A stretch of 64,000 nt of DNA from an uncultured virus (IMG/VR IMGVR_UViG_3300008116_000020) (Duplodnaviria; Heunggongvirae; Uroviricota; Caudoviricetes). Shown one piece after another: positions 36,983 through 47,169 of the stretch. Numbering within the stretch: the stretch's first letter is position 1; each line of letters opens with the position of its first letter. A program made the position numbers and the translations under genes. A model generated the notes under the pieces. The model saw only the letters and a program-made list of their open reading frames with translations. It searched no databases and was not told the origin of the DNA. The stretch covers positions 1 through 64,000 of IMG/VR virus record IMGVR_UViG_3300008116_000020. One strand, written 5' to 3'.

Positions 36983-37505
36983 AACATACGAAGGTTTTTT
37001 TGACTTTTTCAAAAAGAAAAGATCTGAGGATGATAAAATCGTAATGGATTATATCAAAAGATTAGAACGCCTAAAAAGTTATTTAGAAAAAGGTGGAGTT
37101 GCTCCTTATGATATAACAATTAATCTTAACGGTACTGAACCAGGTGAACAATATTTTACAAGATATAGATTCCAATTTGATGATAGTCCTATAAGAATTG
37201 TTAAAGCTGAGGCTGATAGAAAATATAGACGAGGTTGGAGTGAAGAAATTCAAAAACAATTTATTAACGATGATGGTGCGGTTAAGAAAAACAACAATGT
37301 ATTTTATCAACTTTATATTGAGAATGCTGACGAATCGGTTAGAGCTGATGTTGATCTTTTAGAAGAAATGCATGAGCTATCTGAATGGTGTTTTAAACAA
37401 AACAAAGAAAATAAAAGAATTAAAAAAATCAGAGGTAATATGAATCCAGCAGCTGATTTATTAGATGATGATGTTTGGGGTAATACACCTTTAGATAAGA
37501 GATAA
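36966..37505 (+). CDS. putative head-targeted protein (MKTIKTYEGFFDFFKKK)
   Basis: N-terminal motif. Confidence 0.6.
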   Translation: MMKTIKTYEGFFDFFKKKRSEDDKIVMDYIKRLERLKSYLEKGGVAPYDITINLNGTEPGEQYFTRYRFQFDDSPIRIVKAEADRKYRRGWSEEIQKQFINDDGAVKKNNNVFYQLYIENADESVRADVDLLEEMHELSEWCFKQNKENKRIKKIRGNMNPAADLLDDDVWGNTPLDKR

Positions 37506-37506
37506 A

Positions 37507-37869
37507 CTAAATTAGTAAATCTCTTATCAATTTATCTCTCCTTTTGGAAATATATCTACCATACCATTCATCATCTTCAAATTTTATAGTTGATTTTAAT
37601 GTTAAGTTTATTTTATCTCCCTCAATCTCAATTTCTTTTGAATATATTTTATAAAATATTCTTTTCATTTTTATACCAAATCTACTTGAAATTTGACTAT
37701 AATCAAATCTATCAGATTGACTCCAGCGAAAATCACAATCCGGATCAAATTTTTTAGTCAATCGAATTAAAATTTCTACATCATCAATAAATATATCCTT
37801 ATAAAATATAGGAACTTTATATTTAATATGATAAGTCTTATAACTAACTTTATTTACTATCAACTCCAC
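37507..37869 (-). CDS. hypothetical protein with RDKLIRDLLI tag
   Basis: ORF with the shared tag. Confidence 0.5.
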   Translation of the reverse strand: MELIVNKVSYKTYHIKYKVPIFYKDIFIDDVEILIRLTKKFDPDCDFRWSQSDRFDYSQISSRFGIKMKRIFYKIYSKEIEIEGDKINLTLKSTIKFEDDEWYGRYISKRRDKLIRDLLI

Positions 37870-38512
37870 TATCTATAGCACTTATTCTTGTTATTATATT
37901 CCACAAATCATTTATGTGTTTTCTATAAATGTCCTTTTCAACAGGTCTTTGGTTTTCATCATACTTCTCGGCTAATTCTAACTTATGATGTATGATATCT
38001 AAGAAGTTATGAACTTTACAACCATTATGTATTGTATAATTTATCTTTTCATCAGTTCCAATCAAGTCATAATCACAACTAAAACTATAACCTTTATAAA
38101 CGCCATATGAATCATAACCTCTATAATTACCAGTATTTACATTTATTGATAAAAAGTTTTTTTCATATACAACTTTATTTAAATTAAAAACACCACAAAA
38201 CGAAATAAAGTTATCTCTACCTATAATAAAATCAAGATCATCCGGAACTCGACTAAATATATTTTGCCCTTTATATCTATAAGCCCTCAAAGCACTTGAA
38301 CCAGTTAAAATAGAGTCCAGTTTCAATAAAGTATTTAAATATTTTGCTCTCTTTGGATAAAATAATTTTTCAAAGAAATTATTGAAGTGACTAAATGGTA
38401 AATCACTTAATGTTATATTATTATTGTTCTCTAATATTAACTTAAATTTAAGATCTCTTAAATAAGTTTTAACATCATTTAGTTTTTGTAAATCGCTCAT
38501 ATAAATATCCAA
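37850..38512 (-). CDS. putative Pol-beta-family nucleotidyltransferase
   Basis: ILTGSSAL...RVPDDLDFII (GS...DxD); C-terminal KHINDL. Confidence 0.55.
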   Translation of the reverse strand: MDIYMSDLQKLNDVKTYLRDLKFKLILENNNNITLSDLPFSHFNNFFEKLFYPKRAKYLNTLLKLDSILTGSSALRAYRYKGQNIFSRVPDDLDFIIGRDNFISFCGVFNLNKVVYEKNFLSINVNTGNYRGYDSYGVYKGYSFSCDYDLIGTDEKINYTIHNGCKVHNFLDIIHHKLELAEKYDENQRPVEKDIYRKHINDLWNIITRISAIDSGVDSK

Positions 38513-39212
38513 TTATTATCCCAGTTAAAGCACCCGCAACGTGGGCTATATGTCCAATTCCATCTTTTTGGTGTCCTAATGAAATTATAAATTCATCTAC
38601 AATAAAATAAAGTGGTATTAAAAAAGTCGGAAAGTTTATTTTACCAATCTTATTAGTTATTTTCATTCCAACAAAAATACCCATTAGTCCATAAATAGAA
38701 GAAGAAGCTCCTGCTACAGTGGCTGTTAGTAAACCATCAAGATATATTTGTAAAAAACCACCAATCGAACCACATATTAAATAAAAGATAATGAATTGTA
38801 AAGATTTCATTCTTCTTTCAATTGGTGGGCCAACTAAAAGTAATACACACATATTATTTCTTAAATGTTCGGTACTGGCATGTATAAATTGATGTGTTAT
38901 TAGTTTATCAAATGAAAACGAACCTAAACTCATTAGAAGTGGTTGAATTATTTGTGATGGTAGTAATAACTCACAATTAAATATAAAAAAGTTCATAGCA
39001 ACTAAACCAATTACTATTGGAGTTATTGATCTTATACTTTTATCGAAATTATCTACTTTTTTAGAAGTAAAGACAAATAGTGATGCGATAACAGGTGTTA
39101 ATAACAAACTGATAAAGTATGTTATATTATAGCCTATCTTTCTCTTTTCACCTTCAAAACTTAATCTAACACAAAGAATTGAGTATAGAAAGGCTAATGT
39201 AAGTAAAATCAT
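38475..39212 (-). CDS. rhomboid intramembrane serine protease
   Basis: HASTEHLRNN, GPPIER, GASS catalytic Ser, AHVAGALTG catalytic His; multiple TM segments. Confidence 0.9.
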   Translation of the reverse strand: MILLTLAFLYSILCVRLSFEGEKRKIGYNITYFISLLLTPVIASLFVFTSKKVDNFDKSIRSITPIVIGLVAMNFFIFNCELLLPSQIIQPLLMSLGSFSFDKLITHQFIHASTEHLRNNMCVLLLVGPPIERRMKSLQFIIFYLICGSIGGFLQIYLDGLLTATVAGASSSIYGLMGIFVGMKITNKIGKINFPTFLIPLYFIVDEFIISLGHQKDGIGHIAHVAGALTGIIIGYLYERFTKTK

Positions 39213-39441
39213 AAACCTCTTTCTCTATTATCAATAACTATTCTCATACAACCATGACAAACAACAACTGGTCCAGCTGGAGTCATAACTGGTTCTCTCT
39301 CACATTTAGATTCACACGGTTTTGTACCTTGTGGTGCGTAATCTCTCAAAGATCTTCTTTTTTCTCTTTCTCTCATGACTATAAGTTTTATTTTACAAAT
39401 ATACGAATTTAATATATACGATAGAAAAAAAATATAATAAT

Positions 39442-39864
39442 ATGAAATACTTAAAGAAGTTTAATGAGAGTTTTGGTAGAACATTATTTGAGGACTTTGG
39501 TTCTAAAGACATTATTGATGATATAAAGAGTATATCATACATATTAGAAGATAAAGGATATGAATTAGGTGTTTATGAGTTTTCTCTTCATACGAATTGG
39601 GAAGATGTAATAACTATTAAAATAGAACTTTGGACTGAACAATATGTAACTGGAGTTGGTGCTTTTACTGATAGCAGTCATGAAAATCTTATGAAAAAAG
39701 TGGAGTCTGATATTGATAACTACAAAACTCTTCTAATGGAACATTTAGACTATATACCATCAGATAAATTTCATGTAGGTAAAATAACTCATAGAATTGG
39801 GTCTCAAGTTTCATTTTCTAAAGAGAGTGTTCGTTTTGAATGTAAAATAAAAATAGATTTGTAA
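39442..39864 (+). CDS. putative head-targeted protein (MKYLKKFNESF)
   Basis: N-terminal motif; shares ISYILED.GY...HLDYIPS with 58215..59057. Confidence 0.6.
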   Translation: MKYLKKFNESFGRTLFEDFGSKDIIDDIKSISYILEDKGYELGVYEFSLHTNWEDVITIKIELWTEQYVTGVGAFTDSSHENLMKKVESDIDNYKTLLMEHLDYIPSDKFHVGKITHRIGSQVSFSKESVRFECKIKIDL

Positions 39865-40499
39865 TGAAAAATATTAAAACATATGAAGGTTTCTTTGACT
39901 TTTTTAAAAAGAAAAATAAAGAAGTAAGTAACGAACCTGTTTATTTAGATGATATAAAAGAATGTCTTTATGATATAACAGAAGATACTAGATTTGATAA
40001 TTCCTTAGATGGTACAATTGATGGAGTCTTCAACACTTATCGTGATGTTTTTAAAATTAAGAGTAATCTAAGTTTAGATTCTGATTATGAACAATTGGGT
40101 AATGATATAGAAGGATTACCTGAATATGTTAAAGATAATATGATGGCTGTTAGAATTAGATATAAGAGAGAAGAAGAAGATGATAGATATTCGGGAGTAG
40201 ATAAAGTTGGTGTATTAGATGATGATTTTAAGAGATTATTGGAAATTTGTGAATCCAAATTAAAAACATATAATTGTGAAGTTTCTTATTATGTTTGCAT
40301 TGGTAATACACACTTAGTTAATGGTGCTAGTTGTATTCCGGATGAGTTTAAATCAATTGATAAGTTATTTTATTTTTTACAAAATAGGAGAGAAATTTTA
40401 GGATCAGCTCGTCGTGATTCATCCGGTACTACATTTTTCATTCGAGGATCAATAAACTTAACTATGAAAATAACATCACCTTCAAAAATAATAGTATAA
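39864..40499 (+). CDS. putative head-targeted protein (MKNIKTYEGFFDFF), tandem paralog 1
   Basis: clearly similar to 40502..41020 from EPVYL.DIKECLYDITED to MKIT.PSKIIV. Confidence 0.65.
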   Translation: MKNIKTYEGFFDFFKKKNKEVSNEPVYLDDIKECLYDITEDTRFDNSLDGTIDGVFNTYRDVFKIKSNLSLDSDYEQLGNDIEGLPEYVKDNMMAVRIRYKREEEDDRYSGVDKVGVLDDDFKRLLEICESKLKTYNCEVSYYVCIGNTHLVNGASCIPDEFKSIDKLFYFLQNRREILGSARRDSSGTTFFIRGSINLTMKITSPSKIIV

Positions 40500-40501
40500 A
40501 T

Positions 40502-41020
40502 ATGAAAAATATAAAAACATATGAAGGTTTCTTTGACTTCTTAAAAAAGAAAAAAAATTTAGAACCGGTGTATTTAGAGGATATAAAAGAATGTCTTTAT
40601 GATATAACAGAAGATGAACCAAGAATTAAAAACTCTTTAGATGGAAATGTTGATGGTATATTTAAAAGTTATGATGAGATATTTGGTATTAAAAATGGAA
40701 GAAGTATTGAATATTATGGGTCAATGGATCATATTAAAGATAATATGATAGCGGTTAGACTTACTTATAATCTAAATGAAATTAGTAATGAAGAAGTTAA
40801 AAGATTATTAGAAATATGTTCTTCTAAATTAAGAACATATGATTGTGTAGCAACTTTTTATTTATCATATGGTAGAGATGAAGGTAGAACAGATGATAAA
40901 GAATATAAATCAGTTGATAAATTATTCAATGCAATAAATAAATATTACAGCTGGTCTGTTAGACAAAGAAATCCTAATATCGCAATGAAAATAACAGCAC
41001 CTTCAAAAATAATAGTATAG
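40502..41020 (+). CDS. putative head-targeted protein, tandem paralog 2
   Basis: paralog of 39864..40499; ends TAG TAA. Confidence 0.65.
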   Translation: MKNIKTYEGFFDFLKKKKNLEPVYLEDIKECLYDITEDEPRIKNSLDGNVDGIFKSYDEIFGIKNGRSIEYYGSMDHIKDNMIAVRLTYNLNEISNEEVKRLLEICSSKLRTYDCVATFYLSYGRDEGRTDDKEYKSVDKLFNAINKYYSWSVRQRNPNIAMKITAPSKIIV

Positions 41021-41052
41021 TAAACCTAAATTACTTTTTTAATATAATTATC

Positions 41053-41553
41053 ATGTATTTAAATAAAGATAGAAAAAATTGTACTCTATATTTTGTTAAA
41101 TCAAACGATATAAATGATTTGATAAAAAGTAATAGTTTGGGGAGTGTGTATGATTTAGAGATTTTAAAAAGTGATTCAGATAGCATTAAATATGGTAGAG
41201 TTGAAACGCAGATAGTAGGTGCTCTTAGATATACAACCGATGAAGATATTAGTAGTTTTATCGAGAAAAGTGATATAATAGTTGAAGTAATTAAGAATAA
41301 AAGTAGTTATTCTTCTTTTCATTTAGAACCATCTTCTTCGACAGAAGTTAGAATAATAATGTATGAACTTTTAAACTTTAGTGAGATAAAAGAATTTGAA
41401 AATATTGGTAGTATTGAAAGAAGACTTATAACAACAATTGAAATTGAAATAAAACCAATAAAAGTAGTTGAAACGGAATCAAATAATATTTTAAGAGATA
41501 TAAAGTCTTTAATACGTGATAATAAATTGGATAACTTATTAGGAAATTCCTAA
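41053..41553 (+). CDS. hypothetical protein with RDNKLDNLLG tag
   Basis: ORF with the shared tag. Confidence 0.55.
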   Translation: MYLNKDRKNCTLYFVKSNDINDLIKSNSLGSVYDLEILKSDSDSIKYGRVETQIVGALRYTTDEDISSFIEKSDIIVEVIKNKSSYSSFHLEPSSSTEVRIIMYELLNFSEIKEFENIGSIERRLITTIEIEIKPIKVVETESNNILRDIKSLIRDNKLDNLLGNS

Positions 41554-41904
41554 ATTATTAAGTTTTTCGTCTCTTTCAGCAGATTTTAATAGATTTTCTA
41601 TTTCAGAATCTTCAACACTAAGAAATTTTTTAAATGATTTTATATTAGATATATTAACTACGAATTCATTTTCCCAAAAATCTTCTTCGTTATCAGGTCT
41701 TATAATATTTAAGGCTAAGCCTAATCTAGCTTTGTTAGCTCCATATTGAACACCCCAATTTAAAATTGATAAAGTATTTACTTCACTACTTATAAACTTT
41801 TTAAAATCGGAAAAGTCTTTCATATACCAAGTCATTGGATGTACGTTTAAAACATCTCTTATACCAACAGTTCTTGATAATATGTTCAAAGATATGATTA
41901 TCAT
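41539..41904 (-). CDS. hypothetical protein with RDEKLNNLGI tag
   Basis: ORF with the shared tag. Confidence 0.55.
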   Translation of the reverse strand: MIIISLNILSRTVGIRDVLNVHPMTWYMKDFSDFKKFISSEVNTLSILNWGVQYGANKARLGLALNIIRPDNEEDFWENEFVVNISNIKSFKKFLSVEDSEIENLLKSAERDEKLNNLGIS

Positions 41905-41905
41905 A

Positions 41906-42271
41906 TTATATTATTTTATCTATATTAAAATTTCTTAATATGGCTTTTAATTCAGATACACTTTCTTGTATCTTTTCTGATTTAGTTATTCTACTAATAT
42001 CTTGTTGTTTTTCAAACTCAGATTTAGCAAATCTCTCAGTTAAAACTTTTTTGTTATATTTAAACCATTCTTTTTGTAGAGTATTCGGCATACTACATAT
42101 TTCAACTAGTTTATCCATAGTTTCAATTATATAGTAGTAGTTGTTATCTAATTCGAAAATTATATTACACTTTCTAACTATTGTATGATGTTCCCATGTA
42201 TCGGAATAAGATACAATTCTCATTCCTTCTACTAAAAAACCACCAGCTCCATTTTCGCCAATTAGTCCCAT
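41906..42271 (-). CDS. hypothetical protein with RNFNIDKII tag variant
   Basis: ORF with a variant of the shared tag. Confidence 0.5.
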   Translation of the reverse strand: MGLIGENGAGGFLVEGMRIVSYSDTWEHHTIVRKCNIIFELDNNYYYIIETMDKLVEICSMPNTLQKEWFKYNKKVLTERFAKSEFEKQQDISRITKSEKIQESVSELKAILRNFNIDKII

Positions 42272-43611
42272 TACTTAAATTTCTTTTTTAATTCATTTAA
42301 GTCATCAAGATACATATCTTTAGGATCGGTTTCTTCTAACTTTTTAATATCTAACTTTTTATTTGTAAAATCTTCTTTCAATTTCTCAAATAATTCTTTA
42401 GTTAAAGAGTAGATTGGCATTCTTAATAAGTAGTCATAAGAATCATCTATCTTATCCAACCCCATTTCTTCAATACCTTTTATGATATCTGGTTTAGAAA
42501 CATTATTTACTTTTAACTTTTCATCTAAGATAGCTTTAATAAATCTACCTCTATTACTTAAAACTTTCAATTCGTGTTGCATTTTATCCAACATGAATTT
42601 CTTTCTTTTATGATAGTATGAAAGTCTGAAATTAACAAAGTATTCAATTATATCAGATGAATTTTCAAATATCTTTAATTTACCCCATTCATCTAATGTT
42701 GAAAATATTTCAGTTGATGATTCTTCTAATTTTAAGAGTTTAACTAATTTTTCATCGTCATATTTTTCTAAATCAGCTCTTGTAAACTTTATTGTATAAT
42801 CAATGTTATCTTTACAATTATCATCATAAGAAACTATATCTTTATTATCACATAACTTATCTAATATTTCTTCATATTTCTCATAAGTCATTGACGGTGG
42901 TAATTCAGTAATTCTAACAGTTGATGTGTTAACTCTTTGAAATTTTCCTTTTATAATCCATCTTCTATTGTTCTCTGGATCTTGTATAAACTCACCTGTA
43001 AACTCATTAAGTGATGGTTTTATTTCTTTTATAGATTTACCATTTAATAAACTAATACAAGCATCTGTGACAGATTTAACATCTCTGTTTAATAGATTCG
43101 ATGAGAATCCAACGGCAATACCAGAAGAACCATTTATTAAAATAGTTGGTATAATTGGGAGAAAAAACTTAGGTTCAATTATTTCACCTTCTTCTTCTTT
43201 ATATTCAAGTAGTTCAAAATCTTTATAAAGTAATTTAAAGTTACCATTTAATTTAGTACCAATATATCTGGGAGCTCCAGCTTGTGGAGATCTCAATGAA
43301 CCAAATTGACCAATCTCATCTAATAGAGGAGCATTGTTTTTGAATTTTTGGGCCATTGTAGTAATTGCGTTTTCTAACGATTGGTTACCGTGATGGTAGA
43401 AAGCGTCAGAAGCAACTTTACCGGCTAATTGGAATACTTTTAATGGCTTCTCTGATCCTGTTTTCCATATTTGATTACAAACGTGTATAATCTTCCTGTG
43501 TGTTGGTTTAAAACCATCTACAACAGAAGGAATTGCTCTACCCTCAATAGAGTACATAGCGAATTCTTTATATTCGTTTGATAAAAATTCTGTAATACTT
43601 TTTTCAATCAT
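42271..43611 (-). CDS. type II DNA topoisomerase cleavage subunit (T4 gp52 / GyrA-like)
   Basis: RAIPSVVDGFKP, YHHG, GQFGS, APRYI catalytic Tyr, GIAVGF and ITELP motifs. Confidence 0.95.
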   Translation of the reverse strand: MIEKSITEFLSNEYKEFAMYSIEGRAIPSVVDGFKPTHRKIIHVCNQIWKTGSEKPLKVFQLAGKVASDAFYHHGNQSLENAITTMAQKFKNNAPLLDEIGQFGSLRSPQAGAPRYIGTKLNGNFKLLYKDFELLEYKEEEGEIIEPKFFLPIIPTILINGSSGIAVGFSSNLLNRDVKSVTDACISLLNGKSIKEIKPSLNEFTGEFIQDPENNRRWIIKGKFQRVNTSTVRITELPPSMTYEKYEEILDKLCDNKDIVSYDDNCKDNIDYTIKFTRADLEKYDDEKLVKLLKLEESSTEIFSTLDEWGKLKIFENSSDIIEYFVNFRLSYYHKRKKFMLDKMQHELKVLSNRGRFIKAILDEKLKVNNVSKPDIIKGIEEMGLDKIDDSYDYLLRMPIYSLTKELFEKLKEDFTNKKLDIKKLEETDPKDMYLDDLNELKKKFK

Positions 43612-43666
43612 AGAGTTATATATACAAAATCTTTTTTTTGTTTTCTATTTTTTTATATATAGAGTT

Positions 43667-44533
43667 ATGAAAAGAGTTAAAAATTATAACGAGTTTGTTA
43701 ATGAAGGTATCTTCTTTAAGAAAGATGAATACTTGAGAGCTGAGTTAAATAAATTATATAATACTGATGAGAATAAAGTTAGATTACAAGAAATCATTAG
43801 TACTTTCAAGAATTTAAATAAATTACAATTAATTCATAAATTAAAAAGTTTAGGTTATTCAGAATATTTAATCGATGACAAGAAACTTTATAAAGAGTTT
43901 GAAAAGTTTAAAAAAACTGGTGAACCATTTGGTTTAGAAAAGTTATTATTAGGTGATGAGATACAAAGACAAATTGTTCTTTCCAAAAGAGGTCAGTTAA
44001 GTAGATACTTAATGGAACATGGTGAAGAATTCACTTTTGGTATGTTAAGAGCTATTTTCAAAGATGCTAAAGACGCTAAAATCTTAATGGATACTAAAAC
44101 AGCTTTTTATCAAGCACTTCCAAGAGCTATTCCTACAATCATAGCACCTTTTTATCCAATTTTAGCAATTGTTGGTTTGGTTTTAGGAACATCCAGAACA
44201 TTTAATAAGTTTTTGAAACCACTTTTTAAACATATTGATTCGGAATCTAAATATGTTGATTTCTTAAAGACGATGGTTAATTACTATATGAAAGTTCCGG
44301 AAGGTGATGTAAATGTAAAAGATCGTTTTTCGAGAGCTTTTGTTGTTACTGATAGATTAATAGATGCTGTTAAACCAGAAGTTATACAAGATTTTACAAA
44401 TAAATTAATTATAAAAATGGATTCTGAACCGGATGATAAGCCGGTGCCAGATCACTATATTGAAAATCAATTGAAGACTTATCTGAATGATAATTTTGAT
44501 GTTGATCCAGAAATACCATTAAAAATAGAATAA
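43667..44533 (+). CDS. putative head-targeted protein (MKRVKNYNEFVNE) with a hydrophobic segment
   Basis: N-terminal motif; TTTTATATATAG upstream. Confidence 0.6.
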   Translation: MKRVKNYNEFVNEGIFFKKDEYLRAELNKLYNTDENKVRLQEIISTFKNLNKLQLIHKLKSLGYSEYLIDDKKLYKEFEKFKKTGEPFGLEKLLLGDEIQRQIVLSKRGQLSRYLMEHGEEFTFGMLRAIFKDAKDAKILMDTKTAFYQALPRAIPTIIAPFYPILAIVGLVLGTSRTFNKFLKPLFKHIDSESKYVDFLKTMVNYYMKVPEGDVNVKDRFSRAFVVTDRLIDAVKPEVIQDFTNKLIIKMDSEPDDKPVPDHYIENQLKTYLNDNFDVDPEIPLKIE

Positions 44534-44535
44534 TT

Positions 44536-44900
44536 ATGAAATATTTAAAGGGATATAATGAATCAATAAGGTTGTATGATTTGCAAGTCTTCAAAGGGAG
44601 AAAGAGAAATTATAAAACTTTTGAATAATTTAAATGTAAATTATATACATCAAAAAAAAATTCAAAGATTGTAAATATTTATCAAATTTAATTTTTGATT
44701 TTTACTTACCAGATTATGATATTTGTATAGAGTATAATGGCGCACAGCATTATGAACCATTTGATTATTTTGGTGGAAAAGAATCTTTTGAATTAGTAGT
44801 TAAAAGAGATAAAATTAAAAAAAACTTTTGTAGAAAAAATAATATTAAGTTATTTACAATATCATATAAAAAAAATATAGAAAAAGAGATAAAAAAATAA
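44536..44900 (+). pseudogene. frameshifted or chimeric PD-(D/E)XK (DUF559-like) endonuclease remnant
   Basis: MKYLKGYNES start; +1 frame GCMICKSSKGEREII...HQKK; after the A9 run at 44652..44660, FKDCK...FDFYLPDYDICIEYNGAQHY...RDKIKKNFC. Confidence 0.7.
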
Positions 44901-44907
44901 TAGAGAA

Positions 44908-46740
44908 ATGTCAGCTGATAAATATAAAAAATTAACAGATAGAGAACACGTACTACTTAGACCATCTATGTATTTGGGTTCGATGAAACCAAATATTTCA
45001 AATAAATGGGTTTTTGAAGATGGTAAAATATTAAAGAAAGAAATTAATAATGTCCCGGCTTTTATAAAGTTATTTGATGAAATAATCACCAATTCCATAG
45101 ATGAGAGTCGTAGAGATGGTAGTAGATTAAATGTTATTAAAATAAATATAGATAATGATATTGTAACCGTTTGGGATAACGGGGGAATATCTGTTGTAAA
45201 AAATAAAGATGATGAGTGGATTCCAGAGATGGTATTCTCTAATATGCGAGCAGGTTCTAATTTTTCAGATGATGAGAATAGAACTTGGGCAGGTACTAAT
45301 GGTGTTGGGAGTTCTTGTGTGAATATATTTTCAGAAGAATTTAGAATATCAACTTGTGATGGTAAAAACCATTTTACTCAAGTTTTCTCTAAAAATATGA
45401 GTGAGAGATCTAATCCTATTATTAAGAAATCAAAAGCAAATCATACTGAAATAACTTATAAACCAGATTATGAAAGATTTGGTTTAAATGGTATTGATGA
45501 CGATCATTTTAAAATGATTGAGAAAAGAGTTTATGATTTAGCTGCCTGTAACACACATTTAAAAATATATTTTAATGACTTATTGCTAAATTTTAATACA
45601 TTTGAAGATTATATTAAGTTATATACGAGTGAATACTTCTATGAAAGTAATAAAGATAAAACATGGTCTATCGCAGTTGCACTTTCAGAAAACGGATTTC
45701 AACAAGTTAGTTTTGCTAACTCTACGGAGACTTATGATGGTGGTACACACGTTGACTACATAATGGGTCAGATAATCTCACAGATGAGAGAATTCTTCTT
45801 GAAAAAACACAAAGTTGATATTAAACCATCTGAGTTGAAAAATCATATGACACTTTTCTTAAACTCAACCGTTATCAATCCTAGTTTCTCATCACAAACA
45901 AAAGAGAAATTAATTACTGAGGTTAAAGAATTTGGTTCTACATTTGAAGTATCAACTAAGTTTATACAACAAATACTTAAATCCGAAATTGTAAACTCTA
46001 TTTTAGATTGGATTCAACAAAAAAAGAATGCTGATGATAATAAATTACAAAGAGAGTTAAATAAAAAACTATCTAAGATTAAAGTGGATAAACTAATTGA
46101 TGCTAAAGGTAAAGATAGATGGAAATGTTCATTGGCTCTTTTCGAGGGAGACTCTGCTTCTGGTGCTTTTAGAAAGTATAGAACTCCTGAAACAATGGGT
46201 GCTTTCTCATTAAGAGGTAAGTTTATAAATGTTTCTGAAATATCTAATCAAAAATTAGTTCAGAATACAGAGGCTGTTAACTTAATGGCGGCAATTGGTT
46301 TGAAATTAGGTCAGAATATAGAACTTAAAACATTAAGATATGGTAGAGTATTGATTTACACTGATGCTGATGTTGATGGTAATTCGATATCTGGATTATT
46401 GATAAACTTTTTCTACAAGTATTGGCCTGATATGTTCGAAAGAAGAATGATTTATAAGGTTGAAACTCCGATAGTAGTAGCAACACCTAAAGATAAAAAG
46501 AAAAAGAAAGCTCTTTTCTATACTCAAAGTGAGTACAATGATTGGGAATCTAAAACAGACTTAAAAGGTTGGGATGTTAGTTATAAAAAAGGTTTAGCAG
46601 CTTTGGTTGATGATGAGTATGGTGACATCATTAATAATCCAAAGTTAACACTTATAACTAAAGATGATGTCTCTGAAACTTCATTAGATGTTTGGTTTGG
46701 TAAGAATTCGGATTTAAGAAAGACTGAGTTATTAAAATGA
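44908..46740 (+). CDS. type II DNA topoisomerase ATPase/TOPRIM subunit (T4 gp39+60 / GyrB-like), unsplit
   Basis: EHVLLRPSMYLGS, EIITNSID, DNGG, GTNGVG, GGTHVD, EGDSA, LRGK, DADVDG and KGL motifs. Confidence 0.95.
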   Translation: MSADKYKKLTDREHVLLRPSMYLGSMKPNISNKWVFEDGKILKKEINNVPAFIKLFDEIITNSIDESRRDGSRLNVIKINIDNDIVTVWDNGGISVVKNKDDEWIPEMVFSNMRAGSNFSDDENRTWAGTNGVGSSCVNIFSEEFRISTCDGKNHFTQVFSKNMSERSNPIIKKSKANHTEITYKPDYERFGLNGIDDDHFKMIEKRVYDLAACNTHLKIYFNDLLLNFNTFEDYIKLYTSEYFYESNKDKTWSIAVALSENGFQQVSFANSTETYDGGTHVDYIMGQIISQMREFFLKKHKVDIKPSELKNHMTLFLNSTVINPSFSSQTKEKLITEVKEFGSTFEVSTKFIQQILKSEIVNSILDWIQQKKNADDNKLQRELNKKLSKIKVDKLIDAKGKDRWKCSLALFEGDSASGAFRKYRTPETMGAFSLRGKFINVSEISNQKLVQNTEAVNLMAAIGLKLGQNIELKTLRYGRVLIYTDADVDGNSISGLLINFFYKYWPDMFERRMIYKVETPIVVATPKDKKKKKALFYTQSEYNDWESKTDLKGWDVSYKKGLAALVDDEYGDIINNPKLTLITKDDVSETSLDVWFGKNSDLRKTELLK

Positions 46741-47120
46741 TGGAAGTTTTATTATATGGAGATTTCGGATATGAAATACTTTACATAAAATCACCAATTA
46801 GAGCAATTTATGATACAGTTGGTGATAATCACATGATAACTATCGAAAAGTCATCTTTAAAATCAAATAGTTTGATAGAACTATCTAATGGATATTTGAT
46901 TATTCGATATAATCAATATGATAGACTTGGTAATATCATAAGGTCTGTCATTTTTAATATAGTTGATTTTGGTGAAAATGATCTTAATTACTTTTTCAAA
47001 TTCTCAAAAATAAAAGATGTGTATTTTGATAGAAAAGAATCTAAAAAAGATTTAATTGATTTGGATAATTACATCAAATCTTATATAAGAGATTATAGAT
47101 TAGATGAGATATTTGATTAA
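46737..47120 (+). CDS. hypothetical protein with RDYRLDEIF tag
   Basis: ORF with the shared tag. Confidence 0.55.
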   Translation: MMEVLLYGDFGYEILYIKSPIRAIYDTVGDNHMITIEKSSLKSNSLIELSNGYLIIRYNQYDRLGNIIRSVIFNIVDFGENDLNYFFKFSKIKDVYFDRKESKKDLIDLDNYIKSYIRDYRLDEIFD

Positions 47121-47169
47121 TCTGAATTATTGAAGTAGATTTTTTGATATATAAAAGAAAAATCTAATT

